From Parcubacteria group bacterium (lineage in GTDB: Bacteria > Patescibacteriota > Minisyncoccia > Moranbacterales > UBA11712): a DNA stretch of 64,000 bases. The stretch spans positions 24,226-88,225 of the forward strand of contig JBAZXV010000001.1 of assembly GCA_041659685.1 (NCBI GenBank), in the 5' to 3' direction. A program made the position numbers and the translations under genes. Below, in pieces: positions 1 to 10,500 of this stretch; position 1 is the first letter of the stretch; each line of letters starts with the position of its first letter. The notes beneath the pieces are model-generated. The model was not told the DNA's origin. It saw only the letters and a list, made by a program, of their open reading frames with translations, and searched no databases.

Positions 1-72
1 ATAACGAAATTTCATGTCGAAGAAATAATTTTATATATCGCGGAATAATCATGTAAATGACCATTGAAGATA

Positions 73-1161
73 ATGAAAAAAAATGAATGTATCAATGTCA
101 CAAAGACATTTCTCCCGCCGATTAGGAAGTATCAAAAATATATAAAAAAAATATGGGAGAGTAATCAGCTCACGAATCAGGGTCCAATATTGAAACAACT
201 CGAATCAAATTTAAAAAAATACTTAGAAGTTAAGTATTTGCATTTTGTTACTAATGGAACCGTTGCTTTGCAACTATCACTCAAGGCTTTGGATATAGAA
301 GATGGAGAGATAATAACGACTCCCTTTTCTTATGTGGCGACAACATCATCCATTTTATGGGAAAGGTGCGAGCCAATTTTCGTGGATATAGAGAAAAACG
401 GATTTTCCATTGATCCCGATAAAATAGAGAAAGCGATAACGAAAAAAACTAAGGCAATCTTGGCAGTTCATGTCTTCGGATTTCCTTGTGATATTGAGAA
501 AATCGCAAAAATAGCCAAGAAGTATGATTTGAAAGTTATTTATGATAGTGCGCACGCTTTTGGGTCTTTGTATAAGGGAAGGCCATTGCCAATGTATGGG
601 GACATTTCGATCTGCAGTTTCCATTCTACCAAACTGTTCCATACAATCGAAGGCGGATGTGTTATTTCAAAGAGTAAGAAGGTTAGCGAAAAATTAAAAC
701 TAATGAAAAGGTTTGGTCACACCGGGGATATCCATTACAGCCTTGGAATAAACGCCAAGGCTTCCGAATTTCAAGCGGCAATGGGACTGTGCAATTTGGA
801 GTATGTCGATAAAATTATTAAAGCAAGAAAAAGGATTTGCTGCCTGTATGATAAATTTCTTAATAATATATTTACGAAACCAAAAGCCAGGAAAGGACTG
901 TCATATAACTACGCATATTATCCCATAGTTTTTAAAAGCGAAAAAGAACTTCGGAATGTTTTTAAATCATTAAAAAAAGAGAATATTTATCCCAGGCGTT
1001 ATTTCTATCCATCTCTTAATACTTTGCCATATTTAAGAAAAGAACAGAATTGTCCGGTTTCAGAAAGTGTTTCTAAAAGAATTGCGTGTCTGCCCTTATA
1101 TCCGGGAATAAAAACCGAAATCGTCAAAAAAATAAGCGCTATTATTAAATCGAGCTTATGA
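73..1161 (+). CDS. DegT/DnrJ/EryC1/StrS-family PLP-dependent sugar aminotransferase
   Basis: ORF track 64..1161 starts at TTG; first ATG is at 73 (MKKNECINV). Family-typical motifs 'DSAHAFGS' and 'SFHSTKLFHTIEGG' (PLP-Lys region). Length ~360 aa fits family. Confidence 0.8.
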   Translation: MKKNECINVTKTFLPPIRKYQKYIKKIWESNQLTNQGPILKQLESNLKKYLEVKYLHFVTNGTVALQLSLKALDIEDGEIITTPFSYVATTSSILWERCEPIFVDIEKNGFSIDPDKIEKAITKKTKAILAVHVFGFPCDIEKIAKIAKKYDLKVIYDSAHAFGSLYKGRPLPMYGDISICSFHSTKLFHTIEGGCVISKSKKVSEKLKLMKRFGHTGDIHYSLGINAKASEFQAAMGLCNLEYVDKIIKARKRICCLYDKFLNNIFTKPKARKGLSYNYAYYPIVFKSEKELRNVFKSLKKENIYPRRYFYPSLNTLPYLRKEQNCPVSESVSKRIACLPLYPGIKTEIVKKISAIIKSSL

Positions 1162-1197
1162 AAATAATTATCGGAAAATTAAAAATGACAAAATAGT

Positions 1198-2493
1198 ATG
1201 AAAAATATCTTATTAACGGGCCAATGCACTCTTCATAAGGGCAGGATGGAATCCGGCAATATCGGAAATTACTATATTCTGGAGCCGCTAATACAGCAGA
1301 TAAAAAAAACGTTTCCAGGAGTCGATTTGCAAACAACATTCCAACTGACCGCGTCGTTTTGCAAAAGGGAGAAGGTTATATCTTTGCCGATGAACCTATA
1401 TTATTCTTGGTCCGAAAATGATTTAGATCTGGCCCTCAAAGAGTTGGGTATTGCTCTGATATTCCACAAAACAAATAAATTGATTTCCAAAACGCCCTTT
1501 ATAAGTGCAGTCATGGATAGTGATATGGTAATCGACTTTAGCGGAGATATTTGGGGCGACAATGCGGATTTGGTCGGAGATAACAGATTTTTGATCGGCT
1601 CAATAAAAGACAGAGTTGCTCAACTTTTAAAAAAGAAAACCGTTATGTTGGCTGGTTCCCCTGGTCCTTTCAAGGATGAGAATATCCTGAAGTTTGCTAA
1701 AGAAGTATATTCAGGTTTCGATTTAGTGACAAACAGAGAGTCAATCAGTAAAAAACTTTTAAGAAAGCAATCGTTTGACGTTTCCCGGACGAAGGACTAT
1801 GCCTGCCCGGCTTTTCTTTTCGAGTCCAAAAAAAATATCGAGAAAATTCTTGAGAAAGAAGGCTTGAACAATAGAAGCGAAACAAAGCTAGGCTTTATAT
1901 TATGCGGATGGAACTTCACAAAGGGTCCCTATAATAAGCCAAGAAGAAAAGATGCGGATTTTCTTCCGTTTGTGAAATTGATAGAGCACATATCCCGAAA
2001 TTATAGCCCCTCGATATATCTTCTTTCTCATTCAAACGGATTTGATGTCGTTAAAGACAAGTTTAAACTGAAACACGGACGAGACTATCCGATAATCAAA
2101 CAATTGGAAAACATTTTGAGGAAAAGGAAAGTTGCGAAAAAAATTCATTCCCTGAACGGTATTTATGATCCTTGGACAACCAAAGCCTTGATTGGAAATT
2201 TCGATATGCTTGTCAGTGGAAGAATTCACGGATCTGTGGCCGGTCTTTCCCAAATGATCCCTACGGTTATGATCGACTACGGCCATGAACCGAAAGCCCA
2301 CAAAATAAAAGGGTTCGCCGAAGTTGTTGGAGTAGGGAAATACGTCGCTGATCCGGTGCGGAAAAATGATCTGATAAATAAATTTGATAAATGTTGGAGT
2401 AAAAAAGATGAAATAAAAAAACTTCTGAAGAAAAGAATACCAAGGGTTAAGAAGCTAGCTTTACAAAATTTTAGCGACTTAAGAAATATATAG
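1198..2493 (+). CDS. polysaccharide pyruvyl transferase family protein (CsaB/WcaK-like)
   Basis: 431 aa. C-terminal 'LVSGRIHGSVAGLSQMIPTVMIDYGHEPK' resembles the conserved R-H block of the PS_pyruv_trans family. ATG start 37 nt after previous stop. Confidence 0.6.
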   Translation: MKNILLTGQCTLHKGRMESGNIGNYYILEPLIQQIKKTFPGVDLQTTFQLTASFCKREKVISLPMNLYYSWSENDLDLALKELGIALIFHKTNKLISKTPFISAVMDSDMVIDFSGDIWGDNADLVGDNRFLIGSIKDRVAQLLKKKTVMLAGSPGPFKDENILKFAKEVYSGFDLVTNRESISKKLLRKQSFDVSRTKDYACPAFLFESKKNIEKILEKEGLNNRSETKLGFILCGWNFTKGPYNKPRRKDADFLPFVKLIEHISRNYSPSIYLLSHSNGFDVVKDKFKLKHGRDYPIIKQLENILRKRKVAKKIHSLNGIYDPWTTKALIGNFDMLVSGRIHGSVAGLSQMIPTVMIDYGHEPKAHKIKGFAEVVGVGKYVADPVRKNDLINKFDKCWSKKDEIKKLLKKRIPRVKKLALQNFSDLRNI

Positions 2494-2495
2494 AC

Positions 2496-3197
2496 ATGAA
2501 AATAGGCATCATGCAGCCTTATTTATTCCCTTACATCGGATATTTTCAATTAATTAAAGCAGTTGATATTTTTGTTGTTCATGACGATGTTCAATGGATA
2601 AAAGGGGGCTGGATTAATAGGAACAGAATATTATTCGATAATCAGGTAAAAACGTTGACTTTGGCAGTCAAAAAAAGAAGTAACTACGACAAAATAAACC
2701 AATTTGAGGTATCGGAAGATCACAATAATAGAAATCTATACCTCAACAGAATAGCAAGCGCTTATGCGAAAGCCCCTTTTTTCAAACAAGTATATCCGAT
2801 TATTGAAGGGATTATACTGATGCGCACTTGTAATCTGAGCGATCTGATTGTCTATTCTCTTGAAACGGTAAAACGCTATCTTGAGATTGATACGAAGATA
2901 ATATTGTCGTCAGATATCGAGAAGAATAATTCACTGTGCGCCCAGGAGCGAGTCATAAACATATGCAAATCGCTGAACTCCGCAACTTATACTAATCCAA
3001 TTGGCGGAATGGAACTATATAAAAAAGAGGACTTCGCTGAACATAATTTGAAGCTGTATTTTATAAAGCCGGATGAAATTAGATATGAACAATTTGGCCA
3101 AGGTAGCATAGCCAACTTATCGATCATCGACGTTCTTATGTTCAATAACCAACAAACAATAAGGAGTATGCTAAACGACTATATCCTAATTGAATAA
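2496..3197 (+). CDS. WbqC-like family protein (aminosugar O-antigen pathway accessory)
   Basis: N-terminus 'MKIGIMQPYLFPYIGYFQLI' is the hallmark start of WbqC-like proteins. 233 aa. Starts 3 nt after upstream stop. Confidence 0.65.
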   Translation: MKIGIMQPYLFPYIGYFQLIKAVDIFVVHDDVQWIKGGWINRNRILFDNQVKTLTLAVKKRSNYDKINQFEVSEDHNNRNLYLNRIASAYAKAPFFKQVYPIIEGIILMRTCNLSDLIVYSLETVKRYLEIDTKIILSSDIEKNNSLCAQERVINICKSLNSATYTNPIGGMELYKKEDFAEHNLKLYFIKPDEIRYEQFGQGSIANLSIIDVLMFNNQQTIRSMLNDYILIE

Positions 3198-3213
3198 TAA
3201 TATTGACAAGGTC

Positions 3214-3642
3214 ATGAAATATAAGGAAAATGCCGCCGTCTTTAAAGATATTATTGATCATATTGATAACTGTGATATCAAGGTGATCCTTGAAAAGGAT
3301 GTGAACATAAAAGAATACGTAAATAAATTATTGCATTACGCCGAGCGTTTTGAAGCTTGGCAGGGAAATAAATTAGTCGGATTAGTAGCCGCTTATCTGA
3401 ATGATTATCAATCGAAACAGGCTTTTATCACGTATGTTGGTGTAAGGAAAAGCTCTATCGGCCGAGGAATCGCGAGCTCGCTGTTAGAGCAAGTTTTAAG
3501 TAAAGCAAAAGAACTTCAATTTTTAAAAATTAATCTTGAAGTAAATAGTGACAATGTTCCAGCAATCAAACTATATGAAAAATTTGGCTTCAGCGCCACA
3601 GATACAAGTTTATCAAAAATAACTATGTCAAAATTGCTGTGA
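3214..3642 (+). CDS. GNAT-family N-acetyltransferase
   Basis: Track ORF 3190..3642 starts at TTG; first ATG at 3214 (MKYKENAAV). GNAT motif A 'VRKSSIGRGIASSLLEQVL' (R-x-x-G-x-G/A) and C-terminal 'YEKFGF'. Confidence 0.65.
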   Translation: MKYKENAAVFKDIIDHIDNCDIKVILEKDVNIKEYVNKLLHYAERFEAWQGNKLVGLVAAYLNDYQSKQAFITYVGVRKSSIGRGIASSLLEQVLSKAKELQFLKINLEVNSDNVPAIKLYEKFGFSATDTSLSKITMSKLL

Positions 3643-4550
3643 TAAATACTCCCAAAATCTCAATTCTTTGCTCAACATACAATCATGAGAAATACATAAG
3701 GCAGACCCTTGAGACTTTTGTGATGCAAAAAACCAATTTCAATTTCGAGGTGCTGGTACATGATGATGCTTCAACAGACGGTACCCAGTCGGTTATTAAG
3801 GAGTTTGAGGAAAAATATCCGGGCATAGTGAAGTCAGTTTTTCAAATAGAAAATCAATATTCGAAGGGAATTCGAAGGGCTATAACGAAATTTCTTTTGC
3901 CTATAGCAGAAGGGGAATATATTCTGCTTTGCAACGGAGATGATTATTTTACCGATGAAAATAAGCTACAAATCCAAGCTGATTTTCTGGATAAAAATCC
4001 GGAATATTCGATGTGTTTTCACCCGACAAGATGGTTTTTTGAAAACAACGAGGAACCAGATTCCATTTTTCCTGAATATAAGGAGGGCGCCAAATTTACA
4101 ACGGAAAAGTTGCTGGAAGGCAATTTTATGAACACGAACGCCGTGATGTATCGGCGCCAAGATTATTCAAGGATTACCAAAAAAAATATTGTTCCAGGAG
4201 ACTGGTATCTGCACTTATATCATGCAAGATTTGGTAGAATCGGATTTATTAATAAAGTGATGGCTGCTTATCGCAGACACGAAAACGGAATCTGGTGGAG
4301 TTCTTATAAAAATCCGGACATGATACTTAAAACTCATGGATCCGCACATCTGACTATGTATTTTGAACTACTAAAATTATATCCCGAAAAAAAATATAGG
4401 GACATAATTTTCGGCAACGTAAGCGGATTATTTCGGCAGCTTGAGAGAATTGACAAAAAAGGGGGAGTCAAAATACTCGAAAGAATAGCTTCAGAATTTC
4501 CAGGCGAGATATTTGATTTTTTGATGTATAATATGAATAATAGGAAATGA
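3639..4550 (+). CDS. family-2 glycosyltransferase (GT-A fold)
   Basis: 'ISILCSTYNHEKYIRQTLETFVMQKTNFNFEVLVHDDASTDGT' is a canonical GT2 N-terminal block; 'LCNGDDYF' DxD-like. GTG start overlapping upstream stop by 4 nt. Confidence 0.8.
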   Translation: MINTPKISILCSTYNHEKYIRQTLETFVMQKTNFNFEVLVHDDASTDGTQSVIKEFEEKYPGIVKSVFQIENQYSKGIRRAITKFLLPIAEGEYILLCNGDDYFTDENKLQIQADFLDKNPEYSMCFHPTRWFFENNEEPDSIFPEYKEGAKFTTEKLLEGNFMNTNAVMYRRQDYSRITKKNIVPGDWYLHLYHARFGRIGFINKVMAAYRRHENGIWWSSYKNPDMILKTHGSAHLTMYFELLKLYPEKKYRDIIFGNVSGLFRQLERIDKKGGVKILERIASEFPGEIFDFLMYNMNNRK

Positions 4551-4614
4551 CATATTTTCTACAAATTTATTGAGTTAAATTAGGTTAATATCAAGATATA
4601 ACAGTGCTAAGTTT

Positions 4615-7590
4615 ATGAAATTTACAGGAGAAAGAATGATGCCGGAAATAAACAAAGACGGGGAAATATATCTGGAGCATATGAACCGGTATTTTTTCGC
4701 ATCCCAATTTGTCAAAGGAAAAAATGTTCTGGATATAGCCTGTGGCACCGGTTACGGATCGTTTCATCTCTCCAAAGCCGGTGCGGAGAGCGTCATAGGC
4801 GTGGATATATCGGAGGAAGCAATAGATTACTGCAAAGAAAAATATTCGTCGCCGAACGTGAAATATCTTGTTGGAACCGTTGAAAGTATTCCATTGGAAG
4901 ATGATTCTGTCGACGTAGTCGTATCAATGGAAACCATCGAGCACGTGAGGGAACCTGCGCAGAAACGATTCATGCAGGAAGTCAAGAGAGTATTAAGAAA
5001 GGGCGGTTTATTCATTGTTTCAACTCCGAACAATTTGATTCATCCGAAAGGCAATCCTTACCACAAGAAAGAATTTAGACCCGACGAATTTGAAAAATTC
5101 TTGAAAAACTATTTCTCGCACTCAGTTGCAATGTATCAAGACCACATCGAATGCAATTTTATTTTTTCCAAAGATTATATCAATTCGGAAATTATCAGTA
5201 GCGACAGCAAAGAAATTCAATTGAGGAAAATCGGTGATATGAATTATTTAGATAGTGAGTTCGTAGTGGCTGTTTGTTCTAATCAGAAAATAAATAAGAA
5301 AAAATTGGAAGGTTATGTAACGCTATTCAATAAAAGGACAAAATTTATCTATGAAGAATACGCAAAAGAATTCAACAAATTGAGAGAAGCTGAATTAGCC
5401 GATCTTCTCAGAATTGCGGATGACCGAGGAAAAGAGATAGGAAGACTCAACAATCTAATTAAATTGAAAGATGAAAAAATAAGAGTGGAAGAAAAAACAA
5501 TTGTGCGGGAGAAAAAAATGTTTGAGATGGAAAGATCAGAAATACAAAAAAAAGACCAGGAAATTAATAGCCTTGACCGAACAATCCAGCAAAAAAATCA
5601 AATGATCCAGCAGAAAGACCAAGCAATTCAGAAAAGAGATCAGGAAATTCAGAAAAGAGACCAAGCAATTCAGAAAAAAGATCAGGAAATTGACTTCATT
5701 AAATCATCAAAATTCTGGAAGGCAAGGAAACTTTATGTGAGGATAAAATATTTTCGGCCAGGCAATGTCGCGGAATTGCTTTCAAGGGCAATGGATGTTT
5801 TGAAAAAAGACGGAGCCAGGAAATTTTTGTGGTCATTATATAAGTATATTCTTCATGGCAGGGGATATTTCAGGAAAACGGAAGAGAAAGCGGATAAAAT
5901 CGGCGATGATATATTTTTTTCCGACTACGAGATTTGGATTCAAAAAAATGAAATATGGAATGAAGGAGAGATAGAGAAAGAGATAGGGAAATTCACATAT
6001 AATCCCAAAATATCCATTGTTTTGCCGGTTCTTGATGCCGATGAAATTTTTCTCAGGAAAGCAATTTTTTCGGTCATTTATCAGGATTACCAAAATTGGG
6101 AACTTTGTGTTGCCGATAACGCATCGACGAAAAAAATCATAAGAAAGATATTGCAGGATTTTGAGAAAAAAGATTCCAGAATAAAAGTCTTGTTTTTGGA
6201 CAAGCGGAAGAGTTTTTCTGCCGCAATGAACGAGGCGGCAGAAATGGCAACCGGAGATTTCATCGCTTTTCTGGGACAGCATGACGAACTATCTCCCGCC
6301 GCTTTTTTTGAAAACGTAAAATTATTGAATATCAAATCAAAATTTGATTTAATATACAGCGATGAGGACAAGGTGAATGAAAGCGGCACCAGATATGATT
6401 ATAACTTCAAGCCGGATTGGAGTCCGGAACTCCTTATAAGTAAGGATTATATCGGAAATTTTGCGCTGATAAGGAAAAAATTATTCGACAAGATAAAGGG
6501 TTTCCGGGAAGAGTTTGATGGAGCGCATGCTTACGATTTTATGTTAAGATTGTCAGAGATTTCCAGCAGGATTGCGCATATACCCCGTATCCTTTATCAT
6601 TCCATAATTTTACCTGCGCCAATTTCAGAGTTGGAAAAGATAAGACTTGTCGAAATGGGCAAGCAGGCCTTGCAAGAAGCTTTTGAAAGAAGGAAAATAA
6701 AAGGCAAAGCGATTGTGTCGGATCTGGCCGAAAAAGATCATTTGGGAATTTACAGTATCAAATTCAATCCCGCAGATTTCAAAGAGAAAGTAACGATAAT
6801 CATACCGACCAAGGACAAGATTAATTTGCTGAAAAAATGCATAGAGAGCATTAAAAAGAAAACCAACTACGATAATTATAATATTCTTGTAGTTGATAAC
6901 AATAGCGAGAAAAAAGAAACTTTTGATTTCTTGAAAAAAGAAAAAATAAATTTTGTCAGCATCCCGACTGAAAATTTTAATTATGCAAGAATTCATAATC
7001 TCGTGATGAAAAAAGTTGATACCGAACTGGTGCTGTTTTTAAATAACGATACGGAGGTTATCTCTCCTGACTGGCTGCTGAATATGGTCGGCACAATCTC
7101 GCTGAATGAAAAAATTGGAGTCGTAGGGGCGAAACTAATATACGGGGACAAGAAAGTCCAGCATTGCGGAGTCATTGTCGGACTTAGCCATTTAACTGCC
7201 GATCACGCCAATAAGTTGATTGATTATAAATCGCCCGGTTACCAGGGCTATAATTTGGCAATACGCAATTATTCGGCGGTGACGGCGGCCTGCATGCTGA
7301 CCAAAAGAAGCTTATTTGAAAAAGTCAAAGGCTTCGACGAAGAAAATCTCGCGGTCGCTTTCAACGATGTTGATTATTGTTTGAAGCTAATAGCTTCCGG
7401 ACATAGAATTGTTTGTAATCCGAACGCACTGCTTTTTCATCACGAGAGCAAAAGCCGGGGGGGGTCCGGGCATAATCTCAAAGAGCCAAAATATTTCAGC
7501 GAAAAATGGGAAAAGGTGACCCGGAAAGATCCATTTTATAACATTAATTTTTCACTCGAAGATGGTTTATTCAGGCTCAAAAAAAACTAA
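4615..7590 (+). CDS. multidomain fusion: class I SAM methyltransferase, heptad coiled coil, GT2, GT2
   Basis: N-terminal MTase motif I 'VLDIACGTGYGSFHL' and post-I 'VDISEEA'; 'LRKGGLFIVSTPN'. Residues ~250-350 are KQ/E-rich heptads ('IQKRDQE' repeated). Two GT2 cores: 'ISIVLPVLDADEIFLRKAIFSVIYQDYQNWELCVADNAS' and 'VTIIIPTKDKINLLKKCIESIKKKTNYDNYNILVVDNNS' ... 'FNDVDYCLK'. 991 aa. Confidence 0.75.
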   Translation: MKFTGERMMPEINKDGEIYLEHMNRYFFASQFVKGKNVLDIACGTGYGSFHLSKAGAESVIGVDISEEAIDYCKEKYSSPNVKYLVGTVESIPLEDDSVDVVVSMETIEHVREPAQKRFMQEVKRVLRKGGLFIVSTPNNLIHPKGNPYHKKEFRPDEFEKFLKNYFSHSVAMYQDHIECNFIFSKDYINSEIISSDSKEIQLRKIGDMNYLDSEFVVAVCSNQKINKKKLEGYVTLFNKRTKFIYEEYAKEFNKLREAELADLLRIADDRGKEIGRLNNLIKLKDEKIRVEEKTIVREKKMFEMERSEIQKKDQEINSLDRTIQQKNQMIQQKDQAIQKRDQEIQKRDQAIQKKDQEIDFIKSSKFWKARKLYVRIKYFRPGNVAELLSRAMDVLKKDGARKFLWSLYKYILHGRGYFRKTEEKADKIGDDIFFSDYEIWIQKNEIWNEGEIEKEIGKFTYNPKISIVLPVLDADEIFLRKAIFSVIYQDYQNWELCVADNASTKKIIRKILQDFEKKDSRIKVLFLDKRKSFSAAMNEAAEMATGDFIAFLGQHDELSPAAFFENVKLLNIKSKFDLIYSDEDKVNESGTRYDYNFKPDWSPELLISKDYIGNFALIRKKLFDKIKGFREEFDGAHAYDFMLRLSEISSRIAHIPRILYHSIILPAPISELEKIRLVEMGKQALQEAFERRKIKGKAIVSDLAEKDHLGIYSIKFNPADFKEKVTIIIPTKDKINLLKKCIESIKKKTNYDNYNILVVDNNSEKKETFDFLKKEKINFVSIPTENFNYARIHNLVMKKVDTELVLFLNNDTEVISPDWLLNMVGTISLNEKIGVVGAKLIYGDKKVQHCGVIVGLSHLTADHANKLIDYKSPGYQGYNLAIRNYSAVTAACMLTKRSLFEKVKGFDEENLAVAFNDVDYCLKLIASGHRIVCNPNALLFHHESKSRGGSGHNLKEPKYFSEKWEKVTRKDPFYNINFSLEDGLFRLKKN
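5536..5690 (+). repeat. tandem 21-nt repeats (about 6-7 copies) encoding IQK(K/R)DQ(E/A) heptads within the coiled-coil segment of the MT-GT fusion
   Basis: Seen directly: 'attcagaaaagagatcaggaa' / 'attcagaaaagagaccaagca' / 'attcagaaaaaagatcaggaa' in tandem, in frame. Confidence 0.8.
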
Positions 7591-10500
7591 CAGAAAGAGC
7601 ATTCTATTAGTCACTCATAATCTGAATTTGGAAGGCGCGCCGCTGTTTCTTTTTAATTTGGCCAAGGGGTTGAAAAAAATGGGATACTATGTCAATCTGC
7701 TCTCCCCTTCGGACGGACCTCTGAAAGACACTTTCCTGAGGGAAGGGATTGATGTCGACATATCTGATTTTGCGGCGAAAGAGTTTGACAGTTCCAGTTT
7801 CAAGGGAAAATATGTCGCCATTATAGTCAACACGATTGTCGGATACAAATTCCTGAGCAAAATTGATCTTAAAAAAGAAAAAACAATCTGGTGCCTGCAT
7901 GAGAGTGAAAGAGAGATATATTTCAGGGCTTTTCCCGATTTGGAAAAAAGCATATTTGCTCGGGTCGGCAAAGTCGTTTTTTCTTCCAAGGCCACGAGGG
8001 AAGTCTATGAAGATCTGAATATCAGCGGTAATTTCACGATCATAAATACCGTCGGCGACTGGAAAGAAATAGACAATTATTTGAAAAACAATTCAAAAGA
8101 AAAAGTGAGAGAAAGATATGGATTTAAGGAAAGCGATGTGCTGATTAGTCAGATTGGTACAATTTGTCCGAGAAAAGGGCAGTTTGAACTAACTGAGGCG
8201 GCGGTTTCCATCTTGAAAAAATCAAACAACCCAAATATAAAATTTCTTTTGATCGGCGGGGGAAGAGGATATGAGCTCGAAAAAACAATTCGCAAGCTGA
8301 TAAGCGCAAATGGCCTTCGGGATCGAATAATCATAGTCAATGAAACCGAACAAATATTTGATTACTATTTGATGAGCGATATTTTTATCTGTAATTCATA
8401 TATTGAAGCGTTTCCGCTAAGCATTCTCGAGGCGATGGCGTTCAGCTTGCCGATTATTTCGACGGACGTCTATGGGATTTCGGAACAGATTGAAGACGGG
8501 AAAGACGGGCTCTTGATTATGGCCGGAGACAAAAAGGAGCTTGAGAAAAAAATTCTGTATTTACTGGAAAACAAGAAAAAAGCGAAAGAGTTGGGAAAGA
8601 ATGCCAGGAAGAAAATAGATTATGAATTTGGCTTTGATGAAATGATAAACAAATACAGCCGGTTGATTTCCAGTAAGGCATCCGGCGCACATCTAAAGGT
8701 CTCTGTTGTCGTGCCAAACTATAACTACGAAAATTTTTTGGAGGAGAGATTACGGTCTATTGTTCTCCAAACCTATAAGCCATACGAGATAATATTTTTG
8801 GATGATAACTCCAAAGATGGCAGTGTTGAGCTTGCAAAGAATTTTCTGTCAAAGATCGATATTCCCCATAAAATCATAAAGAACGAATCAAATGTCGGGT
8901 GCTTCAAACAATGGGCAAGAGGTGTCCGTGAAGCAGTCGGCGATCTTATTTGGATTGCGGAGGCTGACGATTCCTGCGAACCGGACTTGCTGGAAGAGTT
9001 GGCTACTAAATTCGAAGATCCCGAGATGGGCCTTGCTTATACTCAGTCCAGAAGGATTGACGAATTTGGAAAAAAAGAAGAAACATATCTGCCTTATCTC
9101 GAATCGATTCCGGGAGCGGGCAGCCGCTGGAAAAAAGATTATATAAATTCCGGTGCAGATGAAATTTCCAAGTATTTAATAATAAAAAATACCATTGTTA
9201 ATGCCAGTGCAGTCCTGATGCGAAAGAGTCTGCTTGTGGATTTAGGGGAGAATATTGGGGAGGGATTAAGCCAGGCAGGCGACTGGATCACTTATGTTCG
9301 GATTCTTTCCAAATCGAAAATTGCGTTCGTGGCCGCTCCTTTGAATTATCATCGTCATCACAGCAAAACGATTGTTTCCCGTTCCGGCGAAAATACCGAA
9401 GCAAAAGCAAAACAATTGATCGATGAAACGCTCTACGTGCAAAAATTTATTTTATCCCGCTTCAAGGTGAATCGAAGGCGTTTGACCTTCGCTCTTGAAC
9501 ATCTGAAATTAGTTTTTAGAAATAATTTCAGAAAAGAATTAGACGCTTCTTCTGAATATTCAGATAAGCTGAAAGATTATTATGAGGCCGCAAAAAATTC
9601 GCAAAAAAGAATATTATTCTTTTCAACTAATGATGGGTGGGGAGGATCGGAAGTGGCATGCGCCAAAATGGCGCAAAGCTTTGCTGCAGCAGGATGGCGC
9701 GTTGCTCTGGTAATGAGAAAGCATGATCCGCGGCCTGATCTGCTTAATTCCATTGATTCGGGCAGTTCGATCGAATTATTCGAGAGAGAACCTGGCGACT
9801 ATTGCAACTCAGATGAAACATCTGAATTTGTAAATGAATTTGATGCCGACATAGTTTATATCTCTCAGGGACATGCGTTTGAATCGGCTGAACTTATGCG
9901 GTGGTGCAAAAAAAATGAATTCAAATATGTAAATTTTATACCGCTGGTGACGGAATACCAGCTGACATTTGTGAATGACAAAAAGGATATCGAAAAAAAT
10001 GGAGAGCTCCTTCGAGCTTCGAAAAAAATATTTCTGGACAACCAAAATGCCAAAAAAGTAATGCGTAAGATGTTCAATATCGCATTTGATAATTTTAAAA
10101 TTATTCGCAACGGGTTTGACGTCCAATATCACCAGGAATTTGTTTGGAATGAACCAAAGGGTGATGAATTTAAGCTAGCGTTTATAGGAAGACTGGAGAA
10201 CGTGCACAAGGGGCTGGATATGCTGATCGAAGTTCTTTCTATGAAAAAGTGGAAAGGAAGACCTCTTAAGGTGATGACATACGGTCATGGCCCATCTGAA
10301 GAATCCATCAGGCAAACACTGGAAAGGAATAAGATGAGTAATTTTGTTTTATGCGGATATACGAACAATCTGAAAGATTCAATTCAAGGGGTCCATGGGG
10401 TGATTTTTCCTTCCAGAATGGAGGGTACGCCTATTTCGCTTGTAGACAGTCTCCTGTGCTACCGAATGGCAATCGTAACCCCTGTGGGCGGCATGCCGGA

